The notes under the pieces are model-generated. The model was not told the DNA's origin. It saw nothing but the letters and a program-made list of their open reading frames with translations, and made no database searches. Shown here one piece after another: positions 8,848 through 18,970 of a DNA stretch of 64,000 nt. A program made the position numbers and the translations under genes. Positions within the stretch are counted from its first letter, which is position 1. Each line of letters opens with the position of its first letter. Location: sequence record SRR22947725_3677, one strand, 5' to 3'.

Positions 8848-10098
8848 TTATTTCATCACCAGCTGAAGCGTGGTTTCATTCCGTTGTTCAAGTACCAACT
8901 CATATGACTTAAGCAATGCGTCGGCAGAGTTTTCCTCAAAATGGCGAATTGTATATAGGTAGACTTCTGGCGTATGTTCCACATCAAAACGAGCACGAAG
9001 GGTATGTAGCATCGCATCCATATTTTGGTACTTATCTTTTACACAGACCGAAAAGCTAATGGCTGAATTTTGAATTAAATCGACAGACATTTTATGTTCG
9101 TGCAACAGCTTAAAAATTTCACTGATATTGTCTTCCATGACAAAGGAAAAATCTCGAGTAGATAACCGCAGTAATGACAACTCCTTTTTTACAATATAAC
9201 AAGGAACTTCCGGACGCATACGCACCCCTTTTCCTACTTGTGTTCCTGCATCTTTTGGATGTAAAAATGATTTTACAAATAATGGAATCTCTTTACGCTG
9301 TAACGGTTGCAATGTTTTCGGGTGGATTACTGATGCTCCATAAAAGGCTAACTCAATGGCTTCTTGATACGATATATGGTGTAAGAGTTGAGTTTTATCA
9401 AACACTCTAGGGTCGGCATTTAATACGCCGGGGACATCTTTCCAAATAGTAACATCTGTAGCTCCCAAGCAGTACGCAAAAATAGCTGCAGAATAATCGG
9501 AACCTTCTCTGCCCAATGTCGTGGTGAAATTATTGTCATCCGATCCAATGAACCCTTGTGAAATTTTTAAAACCGAGCCTTTTACTTGCTCTTGAATTGC
9601 TTTTTGGGTACGGTCCCAATCTAAAAGTGCACTTCGATAAAAACTATCTGTTTTTACACAACTTCTTGCGTCTATCCATTCGGCAGCAATGCCAGCATGA
9701 TTTAAATATGCACATACAATAGACGTTGAAAGTAATTCGCCAAAACTCACTACTTGATCGTATACAAAAGCAGCATGTGGTGAGCGGTTATTAGTCAAGA
9801 ACGTATTGCATTCTGCAATAAGCTTTTTAACCTGCTTTACAACAGGTGGTTGACTTCCATCAAACAACGCTGAAACAATAGTTAAATGAAATTCCTCTAT
9901 TTCTTTTAAAGTTTCAAGGTGCGACTTGGAATCTTCAAAATAATTAGCAACCACTTCTTCCATAGCGTTGGTGGTTTTTCCCATAGCAGAAATAACTACT
10001 ACCGTGTTTTCATATCCCATTTCCCTTAAAACATGAGCTACCCTTTTTACGCCTTCGGCATCTTTTACAGATGCTCCTCCAAATTTAAATACTCGCAT
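8848..10098 (-). CDS. lysC: Aspartate kinase
   Basis: KFGGASV, SAMGKTTN, TTLGREGSDYSA, GASVIHP. Confidence 0.93.
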   Translation of the reverse strand: MRVFKFGGASVKDAEGVKRVAHVLREMGYENTVVVISAMGKTTNAMEEVVANYFEDSKSHLETLKEIEEFHLTIVSALFDGSQPPVVKQVKKLIAECNTFLTNNRSPHAAFVYDQVVSFGELLSTSIVCAYLNHAGIAAEWIDARSCVKTDSFYRSALLDWDRTQKAIQEQVKGSVLKISQGFIGSDDNNFTTTLGREGSDYSAAIFAYCLGATDVTIWKDVPGVLNADPRVFDKTQLLHHISYQEAIELAFYGASVIHPKTLQPLQRKEIPLFVKSFLHPKDAGTQVGKGVRMRPEVPCYIVKKELSLLRLSTRDFSFVMEDNISEIFKLLHEHKMSVDLIQNSAISFSVCVKDKYQNMDAMLHTLRARFDVEHTPEVYLYTIRHFEENSADALLKSYELVLEQRNETTLQLVMK

Positions 10099-10579
10099 GA
10101 TTTTTTGCTATAAATGTTTGCATGTCACCCGCTGTCATTTGGGTTATATTCCATTCTGTAAAAGTCTTTGCCCCTTGTTTTTGATAAAAATCAATGGCTG
10201 AAGTATTCCAATCCAAAACTACCCATTGAATCCGCCTTACTCCAGAAGAGTTTGCAAAGGCAATGAATTTTTTTAATAAAGCAAAGCCTATGCCTTTACC
10301 CCGTTGTGACTCAGTTACTATTAAATCTTCTAAATGCCATGATTTACCTTTCCATGTAGAATAACATGGATAAAATAAGGCGATTCCAACAACAACTCGG
10401 TCTAATTCGGCAACAAAGCATTGAAAATGTGTCACCTCCCCAAAACCATCACGAAGTAACTCGGCCTCAGTAACAGCAACTGCTTCTGGCTCTCGTTCAA
10501 AACGAGCAAGCTCGCGGATAAGTGCTAAAATACTTGGCACATCCGACTCAACTGCTTTCCGAATTATGGCATTTTTCAT
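10085..10579 (-). CDS. GNAT acetyltransferase (spermidine/spermine N1-acetyltransferase-like)
   Basis: YSTWKG..LEDL, RGKGIG, VLDWN..AIDFY. ATG at 10579 preferred because the TTG at 10588 lies in a TACATTTG box (10586-10593). Confidence 0.9.
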   Translation of the reverse strand: MKNAIIRKAVESDVPSILALIRELARFEREPEAVAVTEAELLRDGFGEVTHFQCFVAELDRVVVGIALFYPCYSTWKGKSWHLEDLIVTESQRGKGIGFALLKKFIAFANSSGVRRIQWVVLDWNTSAIDFYQKQGAKTFTEWNITQMTAGDMQTFIAKNHASI

Positions 10580-10711
10580 CGAGAGCAAATGTACTAACTA
10601 TGTCCATAACCAACAGATAAAACTAACACAAGGTGATTCGATTTTGTTTAAAAAATAACGTTTGTTACTCATCACAGCGGATGTACTTCGTATTTTTACC
10701 AAAAATAATTC

Positions 10712-13700
10712 GTGACCGAACTTCCTGTTCTTTACCAAAATAACCCGCAATTTAAAGCGGTGTATGAAAGCTCTTGTGCTAAGGGGAAGGTTTCGGTCTC
10801 AGGAATTATCGGTTCAAAACATGCGTTTTTGGTTCGTAGTCTTTTTGAGCAACACCAAAAAACCGTCCTCTGGGTGCTTGCTGACAGAGAAGAAGCTGCA
10901 TATTTTTTTAATGACCTAGAGGTACTCTCTACACAAACCCCTTTATTTTTCCCATCTAGCTACCGCCGTCCTTACAGCAATGAAGAAACTGATAATGCAA
11001 ATGTATTACTCCGTGCCGAGGCGCTTCAACGTGTAAAAGATCAACAGCGGCAACTTATTGTAACGTATCCTGAAGCGTTGTTTGAAAAGGTATTGACTGC
11101 CAAAGCGCTCCAAAGTAAAACATTAAACATTCAAATTGGAGACAAACTTAGTATTGATTTTGTTAATGAAACACTATTTGATTTTGGATTTAATCGGGTA
11201 GATTTTGTATCAGAGCCGGGTGAGTTTGCCGTTCGAGGCGGTATTTTAGATGTACATTCTTTTAGTAATGACCATCCGTTTCGGATTGAGTTTTTTGGAG
11301 ATGAAATAGACACGATTCGAAGTTTTGATATCACTACGCAACGATCTATTAACTCATTGACTGCTATTAAAGTACTGGCGAATATTGAACAAAAGGCAGA
11401 GAAAGAAACACGTCAGTCCTTACTTTCTTTTTTAGGTAACGATACGCTTGTGTGTGTGCAAAATGAAGCGCTTATTTGCGCAGAACTAGATAAGCTTTTT
11501 GATCATGCTGCAAAAATCCATAAAGACTTGGAAGGGGAAATTCGCAGACTAGCACCTGAGGAGTTGTTTATTCAAGGCAATGCTTTTTCTGAGGGGTTAA
11601 GCATTCATAAAAGCATACACTTTTCGGGTAGTAACTCAGAAAACACCATTGCATTTAGGTGTCAACCTCAACCACATTTTAAACGCAAGTTTGATTGGTT
11701 CGTTGAACACTTAAGTGAAAATACTGACCAACAACGTACCAACCATATTTTTTGTGCGTCTGAAACACAAAAAGAACGGCTTTTACAGATTATCGAAGAG
11801 CTTGCGCCAAATATTGCCTTTAGCTGTTGGGTTGCCCCACTCTATCAAGGGTTTATTGATGAGGATCAACAGCTTGTATGCTATACCGATCATCAATTGT
11901 TTGAGCGTTACCATAAGTTTCGATTAAAAAATGGGTATACCAAAAAACAAGCGCTTTCATTAAAGGCGTTAACGCAATTAGAGGTTGGCGATTATGTTAC
12001 CCATATCGATCATGGCATCGGAACTTTTGGGGGATTACAGCGTATTGACGTTGAAGGAAAAACCCAAGAAGCCATAAAACTATTTTATGGCGACAGGGAC
12101 ATTTTATATGTCAGTATTCATTCGCTTCACAAAATATCGAAATACAATGGAAAAGATGGTGCTGCACCCAAAGTATACAAATTGGGGTCTGGTGCTTGGA
12201 AAAAGATTAAGCAAAAGACCAAAAAGAGAGTCAAGGAAATTGCCTTTAACCTTATTAATGTATACGCCAAACGTCGAATGAATAAAGGGTTTGCATGTGG
12301 TCCAGATACATACCTGCAACACGAATTAGAGGCTTCCTTCTTGTTTGAAGACACCCCAGATCAACGCACAGCTACAACAGCCATTAAGCAAGACATGGAA
12401 GACTTAAAACCCATGGATAGGTTAATTTGTGGCGATGTTGGTTTTGGTAAAACTGAAGTGGCTATACGCGCGGCATTTAAAACCGTTGATAACGGAAAAC
12501 AAGTTGCTGTTTTAGTACCTACTACAATTCTTGCTTTTCAGCACTTTAACACCTTTACAAAGCGTTTAAAAGAGTTCCCGGTCACTATTGACTACCTCAA
12601 CCGTTTTAGATCAGCCAAGCAACGAAAAGAAGTTTTGGAAGGACTGGCTAGCGGAGCAATAGATATTGTTATTGGAACTCATCAGTTAGTAAGCAAATCG
12701 GTATCGTTAAAAGATTTAGGATTACTTATTGTAGACGAAGAACAAAAATTTGGTGTTGGCGTAAAAGAAAAGCTTCGATCGCTAAAAGCGCATGTTGATG
12801 TGCTTACCCTTACCGCGACGCCTATTCCAAGAACCTTACAGTTTAGTTTAATGGCTGCACGGGATTTGTCGGTAATAAACACGGCGCCACCCAATCGTTA
12901 TCCTATTGAAAGTCAAGTCCTCTTTTGGAATGAAGCACAAATTCGCGATGCTGTTATTTATGAATTACAACGTGGTGGGCAAGTATTTTTTGTTCATAAT
13001 CGTATAGATAATATCGCAGAGGTTTCAGGAATGTTACAGCGTCTTATTCCAGATGCCCGAATTGCTACCGCTCATGGGCAACTTCCAGGAAACAAGCTTG
13101 AAGCGTTAATGCTAGGCTTTGTTGATGGTCAATACGATATTTTGGTGGCAACAACAATCATCGAAAGTGGACTAGATGTGCCAAATGCGAATACCATTTT
13201 TATAAACAATGCCAATAATTTTGGGTTAAGTGATTTACACCAAATGCGAGGACGCGTAGGGCGCAGTAACAAAAAAGCGTTCTGTTACTTTATTACCCCT
13301 CCATTTTCTGTCCTTACTGAAGATGCGCGTAAACGCATGGAGGCAATAAGTCAGTACACAGCACTTGGGTCTGGATTTCAGATTGCCATGAAAGACTTAG
13401 AAATTCGAGGAGCTGGAGATTTACTGGGGGGTGAACAAAGTGGGTTTATAAATGATATTGGGTTTGAAACCTATCAAAAAATACTAAAAGATGCGATTGA
13501 AGAGTTGCAACAAAATGAATTTAAAACATTGTATCCTGGCCAAAAACCACGTCAAAAAGAATTGGTATTAGACACTGACTTTGAAGTGTTTTTCCCAACA
13601 GATTACATCAATAATGTAACTGAACGATTAACACAATATCAAGAACTAGCAAGGTTAAAAACAGCAAAAGAATTAGATTTATTTAGTACTGGATTAATTG

Positions 13701-14026
13701 ATCGGTTTGGTCCTCTACCTGATGCCGCAAAAGAACTTTTTGAGAGTGTGCGTCTAAAGTGGCTCGGTACTGAACTTGGTTTTGAGAAAATTATCTTAAA
13801 GAAAGAAAAATGTATCTGCTCCTTTTTGGCCAATCCCGAAAGTGTATTTTACCAGGAAGAAGCTTTCCAATATATGTTGGGTAAAATGGGATCGTTAGGC
13901 AAAGCACAACTCAAAGAAAAAACCACCAAAGAAGGACACAAACTGGTATTGGTGATTGAGCAAGTTTCGTCATTGACAAAAGCACTACAACTCCTAAGCA
14001 AACTAAAACAATCTACAGCTGTTTGA
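10712..14026 (+). CDS. mfd: Transcription-repair coupling factor
   Basis: UvrB-like N region, HIDHGIG, GDVGFGKTE, DEEQKFGV, TATPIPRT, QMRGRVGR, TRCF C-terminal domain. Confidence 0.97.
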   Translation: MTELPVLYQNNPQFKAVYESSCAKGKVSVSGIIGSKHAFLVRSLFEQHQKTVLWVLADREEAAYFFNDLEVLSTQTPLFFPSSYRRPYSNEETDNANVLLRAEALQRVKDQQRQLIVTYPEALFEKVLTAKALQSKTLNIQIGDKLSIDFVNETLFDFGFNRVDFVSEPGEFAVRGGILDVHSFSNDHPFRIEFFGDEIDTIRSFDITTQRSINSLTAIKVLANIEQKAEKETRQSLLSFLGNDTLVCVQNEALICAELDKLFDHAAKIHKDLEGEIRRLAPEELFIQGNAFSEGLSIHKSIHFSGSNSENTIAFRCQPQPHFKRKFDWFVEHLSENTDQQRTNHIFCASETQKERLLQIIEELAPNIAFSCWVAPLYQGFIDEDQQLVCYTDHQLFERYHKFRLKNGYTKKQALSLKALTQLEVGDYVTHIDHGIGTFGGLQRIDVEGKTQEAIKLFYGDRDILYVSIHSLHKISKYNGKDGAAPKVYKLGSGAWKKIKQKTKKRVKEIAFNLINVYAKRRMNKGFACGPDTYLQHELEASFLFEDTPDQRTATTAIKQDMEDLKPMDRLICGDVGFGKTEVAIRAAFKTVDNGKQVAVLVPTTILAFQHFNTFTKRLKEFPVTIDYLNRFRSAKQRKEVLEGLASGAIDIVIGTHQLVSKSVSLKDLGLLIVDEEQKFGVGVKEKLRSLKAHVDVLTLTATPIPRTLQFSLMAARDLSVINTAPPNRYPIESQVLFWNEAQIRDAVIYELQRGGQVFFVHNRIDNIAEVSGMLQRLIPDARIATAHGQLPGNKLEALMLGFVDGQYDILVATTIIESGLDVPNANTIFINNANNFGLSDLHQMRGRVGRSNKKAFCYFITPPFSVLTEDARKRMEAISQYTALGSGFQIAMKDLEIRGAGDLLGGEQSGFINDIGFETYQKILKDAIEELQQNEFKTLYPGQKPRQKELVLDTDFEVFFPTDYINNVTERLTQYQELARLKTAKELDLFSTGLIDRFGPLPDAAKELFESVRLKWLGTELGFEKIILKKEKCICSFLANPESVFYQEEAFQYMLGKMGSLGKAQLKEKTTKEGHKLVLVIEQVSSLTKALQLLSKLKQSTAV

Positions 14027-14672
14027 GGTCCTTAACCACACGAAAGGCCTTGTCTACTTGTTCATCATTGACCAAAATTGTAAATTCATTGGAAGTTGAT
14101 ATTACTTCGCAAATATTGATTCCTTCCCATGAAAGACGTTGAAATACAAAATAGTATATTCCAGGAATTGCTACATTTTCGGTAGGCAACTTTAATGTAA
14201 TTGAAGATAAATTGTCTTGTTTGTGCAAGCATTCTTCTTGCGCTAAATAAGTGTCAACTAAAGGAGCCAAATGCTCACTAACAACAATATTACATTCCTG
14301 TACGCCGCGCGATGAAGTATAAAAATTTTCACTTGATAGCTGTAATTGTGCCAAGAGTTTGGCTTGTGCTGCCAAAAGTGTATCGGAAACTTTAAAACTA
14401 TAATCCATCAAGGATGAGCGAACGGTTATATCGCCAATGTTTTTTAAGGTCTTGATGATTTTATGGGAGTAGCGAAACTCCAAATCGGTCGATAATCGCT
14501 TTAGCGCCATGACAATTGCGCCAGTTCGAACAGGCTTTTGGATTTGCGATTGAATATCTTCTTGCATGATCCGTGACAATGAAGTAAGATTGATAATTCC
14601 TTGGGTAAGGGCGCTAATTAAAAAAGGCTTGGACTTGATATAGGCCTCTACGGCAGATGCTATAGTTGTCAT
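14013..14672 (-). CDS. Conserved ACT-domain protein (often labelled aspartate kinase-like)
   Basis: N-terminal GIINLTSLSR; C-terminal ACT-like EGINICEVISTSNEFTILV; no kinase domain. Confidence 0.7.
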   Translation of the reverse strand: MTTIASAVEAYIKSKPFLISALTQGIINLTSLSRIMQEDIQSQIQKPVRTGAIVMALKRLSTDLEFRYSHKIIKTLKNIGDITVRSSLMDYSFKVSDTLLAAQAKLLAQLQLSSENFYTSSRGVQECNIVVSEHLAPLVDTYLAQEECLHKQDNLSSITLKLPTENVAIPGIYYFVFQRLSWEGINICEVISTSNEFTILVNDEQVDKAFRVVKDLKQL

Positions 14673-14733
14673 ACGAGTGTATTATAGCACAAAGATATTT
14701 AAAAATTAACAAAATGTTATAAAAATAACATCG

Positions 14734-15090
14734 CTAGAAAAAATAAAACGCAGCCTTCATATGCTCTATCGTATGATTATTTTCATCTCCCAGAATACTG
14801 ATGATGTCAAATCTAGTCTCTCCTTGCCAATTGTGGCGCTCAATAAATTGTTGTGCTGCACGCGCGAGTAACTTCCTTTTTTTTGGAGTAACAAAAACAT
14901 GAGGTGCTCCATGAATATCCGATTTTCTCCATTTTACTTCAACAATTACAAGCACATCTGCTTTACGAGCAACGATATCAATTTCTGCTTTTTGATAAAA
15001 GAAATTACGTGCCATAATTTCATGACCATGCTTATATAAATAGGCACTAGCAAGGTCCTCGCCAAGCTTTCCTTTATTGTGGGTGTTCAT
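14734..15090 (-). CDS. YraN/UPF0102 family nuclease-fold protein
   Basis: GKLGEDLA, RN..EIDIVA, VEVK.R, RFDII. Confidence 0.9.
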   Translation of the reverse strand: MNTHNKGKLGEDLASAYLYKHGHEIMARNFFYQKAEIDIVARKADVLVIVEVKWRKSDIHGAPHVFVTPKKRKLLARAAQQFIERHNWQGETRFDIISILGDENNHTIEHMKAAFYFF

Positions 15091-15175
15091 ATCAAATGTT
15101 TAGGGCAATGGAAAGGTAAAAAATCTAGTGGGTCTGCGGATATAAAATCCTTATTTTTGTGGCGAAAATTCCTTT

Positions 15176-16849
15176 ATGAGCAAACGCTATACCCTTACCG
15201 CAGCACTTCCCTACACCAACGGACCTATTCACATTGGACACTTGGCGGGCGTTTATGTTCCTGCAGATATATATGCACGTTACTTACGCCTTAGAGGAAA
15301 AGAAGTCCTGTTTATTTGCGGAAGTGATGAACATGGTGTTGCAATTTCAATGAAAGCTAAAAAAGAAGGCATTACTCCTCAGGAGGTCATTGACACTTAT
15401 CATCACCTTATCAAAGATTCGTTTGAAGCCTTTGGAATATCGTTTGATTATTACGGACGGACTTCTAGTGAAGTACACAGAGAAACAGCACAAGAATTTT
15501 TTAAGCAACTCCATGAAAATGATTGTTTTGAAACACAAACTACCAACCAACTTTACGATGCCAAGGAAGATCAATTTTTGGCTGACCGCTATGTGGTAGG
15601 TACCTGTCCAAAATGTCAACACAACGAAGCCTATGGTGATCAGTGCGAAGCTTGTGGTAGTTCCTTAAACGCTACCGATCTTATTGAGCCCAAATCGGCG
15701 CTATCGGGTGAAAAACCTAGCATGAAGGAAACCACGCATTGGTATTTGCCCTTAGATCGTTACGAAGCATTTTTACGCACATGGATATTGGAAGGACATA
15801 AAGATGATTGGAAAACAAATGTGCTTGGTCAAGTAAAATCTTGGTTAGATGACGGGCTTAAGCCTAGAGCCGTTACTCGTGATTTATCATGGGGAATCCC
15901 CGTTCCCGTTCCAGGTGGAGAAAATAAAGTGCTGTATGTTTGGTTCGACGCGCCTATCGGTTATATATCGGCTACCAAGGAATGGGCTACAAAAACGGGC
16001 AATGACTGGAAGCCTTACTGGCAAGATAATGATACCGAACTAGTACACTTTATTGGAAAAGATAATATTGTCTTTCACTGTATTATTTTTCCAGCAATAC
16101 TAAAAGCCATGGGGAACTATATACTGCCTAAAAATGTGCCTGCAAATGAATTTTTAAATCTTGAAGGTCAGAAACTATCTACTTCAAAAAACTGGGCGGT
16201 TTGGCTCCACGAATACCTCGAGGAGTTTCCAAACAAACAAGATGTACTTCGTTATGTACTAACTGCAAACGCACCAGAAACTAAAGACAATGACTTTACA
16301 TGGGCTGACTTTCAGACACGAAACAACAGCGAGCTTGTAGCCATTTTTGGAAATTTTGTAAATAGAGTAATGGTACTGATGCGTAAGTACTATGACAGCG
16401 AAGTGCCAACGCCAAACACGAATTCCAAAGAAGACTCAGAAATTCTAAAAGCGCTTTCGGAAGCACCTAAGCGAATTTCAGATTTATTAGAAAGTTACAA
16501 ATTTAGAGCCGCCAGTCAAGAAATGATGCAACTTGCGAGAATGGGAAATAAATATTTGGCAGATGAAGAGCCTTGGAAATTAATTAAAACAAATCCAGAA
16601 CGCGTTGCTACCATCATGTACACTGCAATTCAGGTAGTAGCTGGTTTGGCCATTGTTTCAGAACCCTTTTTGCCGAATACCGCAGAAAAGCTTCGAAAGA
16701 TGCTTAAATTAGATCCAAACACAGGTTGGGAGGATGTAAATAAATTACCATTAATTTTTGCAAAACACAGTCTGGGTGAAGCATCTTTACTTTTTGAAAA
16801 AATAGAGGATGGTGCAATTGAAACTCAACAAGCTAAACTAATACCTTAG
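15176..16849 (+). CDS. metG: Methionine--tRNA ligase, short form
   Basis: [11 protein letters not shown], zinc knuckle CPKC...CEAC, YVWFDA, KLSTS. Confidence 0.97.
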   Translation: MSKRYTLTAALPYTNGPIHIGHLAGVYVPADIYARYLRLRGKEVLFICGSDEHGVAISMKAKKEGITPQEVIDTYHHLIKDSFEAFGISFDYYGRTSSEVHRETAQEFFKQLHENDCFETQTTNQLYDAKEDQFLADRYVVGTCPKCQHNEAYGDQCEACGSSLNATDLIEPKSALSGEKPSMKETTHWYLPLDRYEAFLRTWILEGHKDDWKTNVLGQVKSWLDDGLKPRAVTRDLSWGIPVPVPGGENKVLYVWFDAPIGYISATKEWATKTGNDWKPYWQDNDTELVHFIGKDNIVFHCIIFPAILKAMGNYILPKNVPANEFLNLEGQKLSTSKNWAVWLHEYLEEFPNKQDVLRYVLTANAPETKDNDFTWADFQTRNNSELVAIFGNFVNRVMVLMRKYYDSEVPTPNTNSKEDSEILKALSEAPKRISDLLESYKFRAASQEMMQLARMGNKYLADEEPWKLIKTNPERVATIMYTAIQVVAGLAIVSEPFLPNTAEKLRKMLKLDPNTGWEDVNKLPLIFAKHSLGEASLLFEKIEDGAIETQQAKLIP

Positions 16850-16938
16850 GTAAGTTTCACACTTTATCTTTTTTTTTTGGTTTTTTTCATAAATCTCGGC
16901 AGAAGTTCCTAAATTTGTAGTTCCAAATCATTACAACT

Positions 16939-17157
16939 ATGAATAAACCTCCATTTTATAAGGTGCTATTTGCGCTTGGGTTTTCGATAATAATTACACT
17001 GACTCCTTTTTTAATTATTTATGAAATTGATACACTTAAATTTTTCGAGTATATCTACACACTAACTAGTATTGAGGGTGTAATTACTACTGTATTCTCA
17101 ATTGGAGTCAAACTATGTATTGTTAGCTTTGCTGTGAAAACTATAAAACATGCATAA
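16939..17157 (+). CDS. Small hypothetical membrane protein
   Basis: 72 aa with two hydrophobic stretches; TAAATTTG box at 16910-16917; fills the intergenic gap. Confidence 0.5.
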   Translation: MNKPPFYKVLFALGFSIIITLTPFLIIYEIDTLKFFEYIYTLTSIEGVITTVFSIGVKLCIVSFAVKTIKHA

Positions 17158-17174
17158 GGTGTATCTTTGTGTGC

Positions 17175-18077
17175 ATGATTCGCATTGCTCAGCACCCATT
17201 ATATGCACACCCACTCCCTGAAGGACATCGCTTTCCAATGCTTAAATACGAATTGCTCCCCGAGCAATTAAAACGAGAAGGCACCTGTTCCCCAGCACAG
17301 TTTTTTAGTCCAACGAAACTTGACAACGAAACAATTTTACTTACCCATTGCGAAACCTATATTGAAAAGCTCAATAACCTAAAGCTTTCTAAAAAAGAAG
17401 TGAGGCGTATCGGGTTTCCAGTCTCAGAAAATCTCATTTTACGCGAGCATGTCATAGCCCAAGGTACTCTCATGGGGTGTGAATATGCCTTATCAAATGG
17501 CATTGCATTCAATATTGCTGGTGGCACCCATCATGCTTTTTTTGACCGTGGTGAAGCCTTTTGTCTACTCAATGATCAAGCGATTGCTGCCAACCACTTA
17601 CTTCACAACAAAAAAGCTTCGAAAATTCTCATCATTGACTTAGATGTGCATCAGGGAAATGGAACTGCAGCGCTCTTTGAAAACAACCCACGCGTTTTTA
17701 CCTTTTCTATGCACGGAAAAGCGAATTATCCGTTCCTAAAAGAACGAAGTGATCTAGATGTGGCCTTAACTGATAACACAGATGATGAAAGCTACTTAAA
17801 GCTGCTTGAAAAACATCTAGGGAATTTATTTGAGCGGGTACGCCCTGACTTTGTATTTTATCTTTCTGGTGTAGATATTTTAAAGGAAGATAAACTTGGG
17901 CGTCTTTCTCTTTCGCTAGAAGGTTCAAAAAGGCGAGACGAAATGGTATTTTCGGCATGTTTTGAACAAAACATACCCGTTCAGTGCAGCATGGGTGGTG
18001 GCTATGCGCCTGATGTTAACCTTATTGTTGAAGCACATGCTAATACCTACCGTGTTGCTTCAGCCATATTTGAATAG
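17175..18077 (+). CDS. Histone deacetylase family protein
   Basis: GHRFPM, GGTHHA, DLDVHQGNGT, GGGY. ATG at 17175 preferred (TATCTTTG box at 17162-17169). Confidence 0.92.
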   Translation: MIRIAQHPLYAHPLPEGHRFPMLKYELLPEQLKREGTCSPAQFFSPTKLDNETILLTHCETYIEKLNNLKLSKKEVRRIGFPVSENLILREHVIAQGTLMGCEYALSNGIAFNIAGGTHHAFFDRGEAFCLLNDQAIAANHLLHNKKASKILIIDLDVHQGNGTAALFENNPRVFTFSMHGKANYPFLKERSDLDVALTDNTDDESYLKLLEKHLGNLFERVRPDFVFYLSGVDILKEDKLGRLSLSLEGSKRRDEMVFSACFEQNIPVQCSMGGGYAPDVNLIVEAHANTYRVASAIFE

Positions 18078-18403
18078 CTACAACATTAGTAGTTCATCCA
18101 AATGGATTTCTGTTACTTGCCGTTTATCTCCTGATTTGGATTCATACTCGCGATAGACCAAGTGTCCTAGGCAGGCTACATGGCTTCCTTTTTTGAGATT
18201 TCCCAAGCAAATATCAGCGAGTTTGTTCCAGGCTATAATTCGATGCCACTGCGTGTTTTCAACGCTTTCCCATCTTTATTTTTATAACGAAGGTTTGTAG
18301 CAAGAGAAAATTTAGTAAGCTTTTTATCGTTTTCTAACTGGATTTTTTCTGGGTCATCTCCAAGATGACCGATAAGTTGGACGTGGTTTTGGATTGTATT
18401 CAT
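18078..18403 (-). pseudogene. ssb: Single-stranded DNA-binding protein, frameshifted near 18265-18271 (missing from the ORF track)
   Basis: One frame reads MNTIQNHVQLIGHLGDDP...FSLATNLRYKNKDG; a shifted frame continues ESVENTQWHRIIAWNKLA...LKKGSHV...YREYESKSGDKRQVTEI. Length 326 nt, one base short of a full ORF. Confidence 0.88.
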
Positions 18404-18430
18404 GATTAGGGGGTTAGGGGTTTCTATATA

Positions 18431-18895
18431 CTAACGCCAGCGTTGACTACGCAACAACAAGGCAGCTTTAACAACATCTTGCCTACTAATTTGTCCTACT
18501 AGTCTACCTCGATCCAAAACGGGAAGCCGTCTTCTATTAGTTTTGTGAAATAACGTAGCAGCATCAAAAATGGTTTTATCCATTTCAATAGTATCTACAT
18601 TCTCACTCATGCTATCTTCTACTTTTCTATCAAAAAAAGGCTGATTAAAATACTTGCTTTCTGATAGGTGTTTGATGCAGTCGGCTTCGGAGATGAATCC
18701 AACTAATCGAGACAAATCATCCATAACTGGACCTCCTGAAATTTTATTGCGAATTAAGATCCGCATGACTTCTAGGATAGATTGTTGTGGAGAAAAAGTT
18801 ATCAAATTGCGCGTCATATAGTCTTTAACCAAAAGAGATTTTTTTCGTTTGGGAACAAGTTTTTGTCGTGCTGCTTGAAAACTTTTTATGGGCAT
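18431..18895 (-). CDS. CBS domain pair protein
   Basis: VKDYMTRNLITF, ISGGPV..LVGFISEAD, RRLPV..LVGQISRQD. Confidence 0.9.
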   Translation of the reverse strand: MPIKSFQAARQKLVPKRKKSLLVKDYMTRNLITFSPQQSILEVMRILIRNKISGGPVMDDLSRLVGFISEADCIKHLSESKYFNQPFFDRKVEDSMSENVDTIEMDKTIFDAATLFHKTNRRRLPVLDRGRLVGQISRQDVVKAALLLRSQRWR

Positions 18896-18970
18896 GTTTA
18901 TGTATTATTGAACAAAAGATACAAAAAATTAATTTGTCAAGCTGCTCCTAAAAAGAATACTTTTACGTGA

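Noticed and set aside
18265-18271. GGGAAAG as a programmed -1 frameshift site in ssb
   Set aside because: It is read GGG AAA G in the upstream frame, not X XXY YYZ; a 1-bp deletion or sequencing error is simpler.
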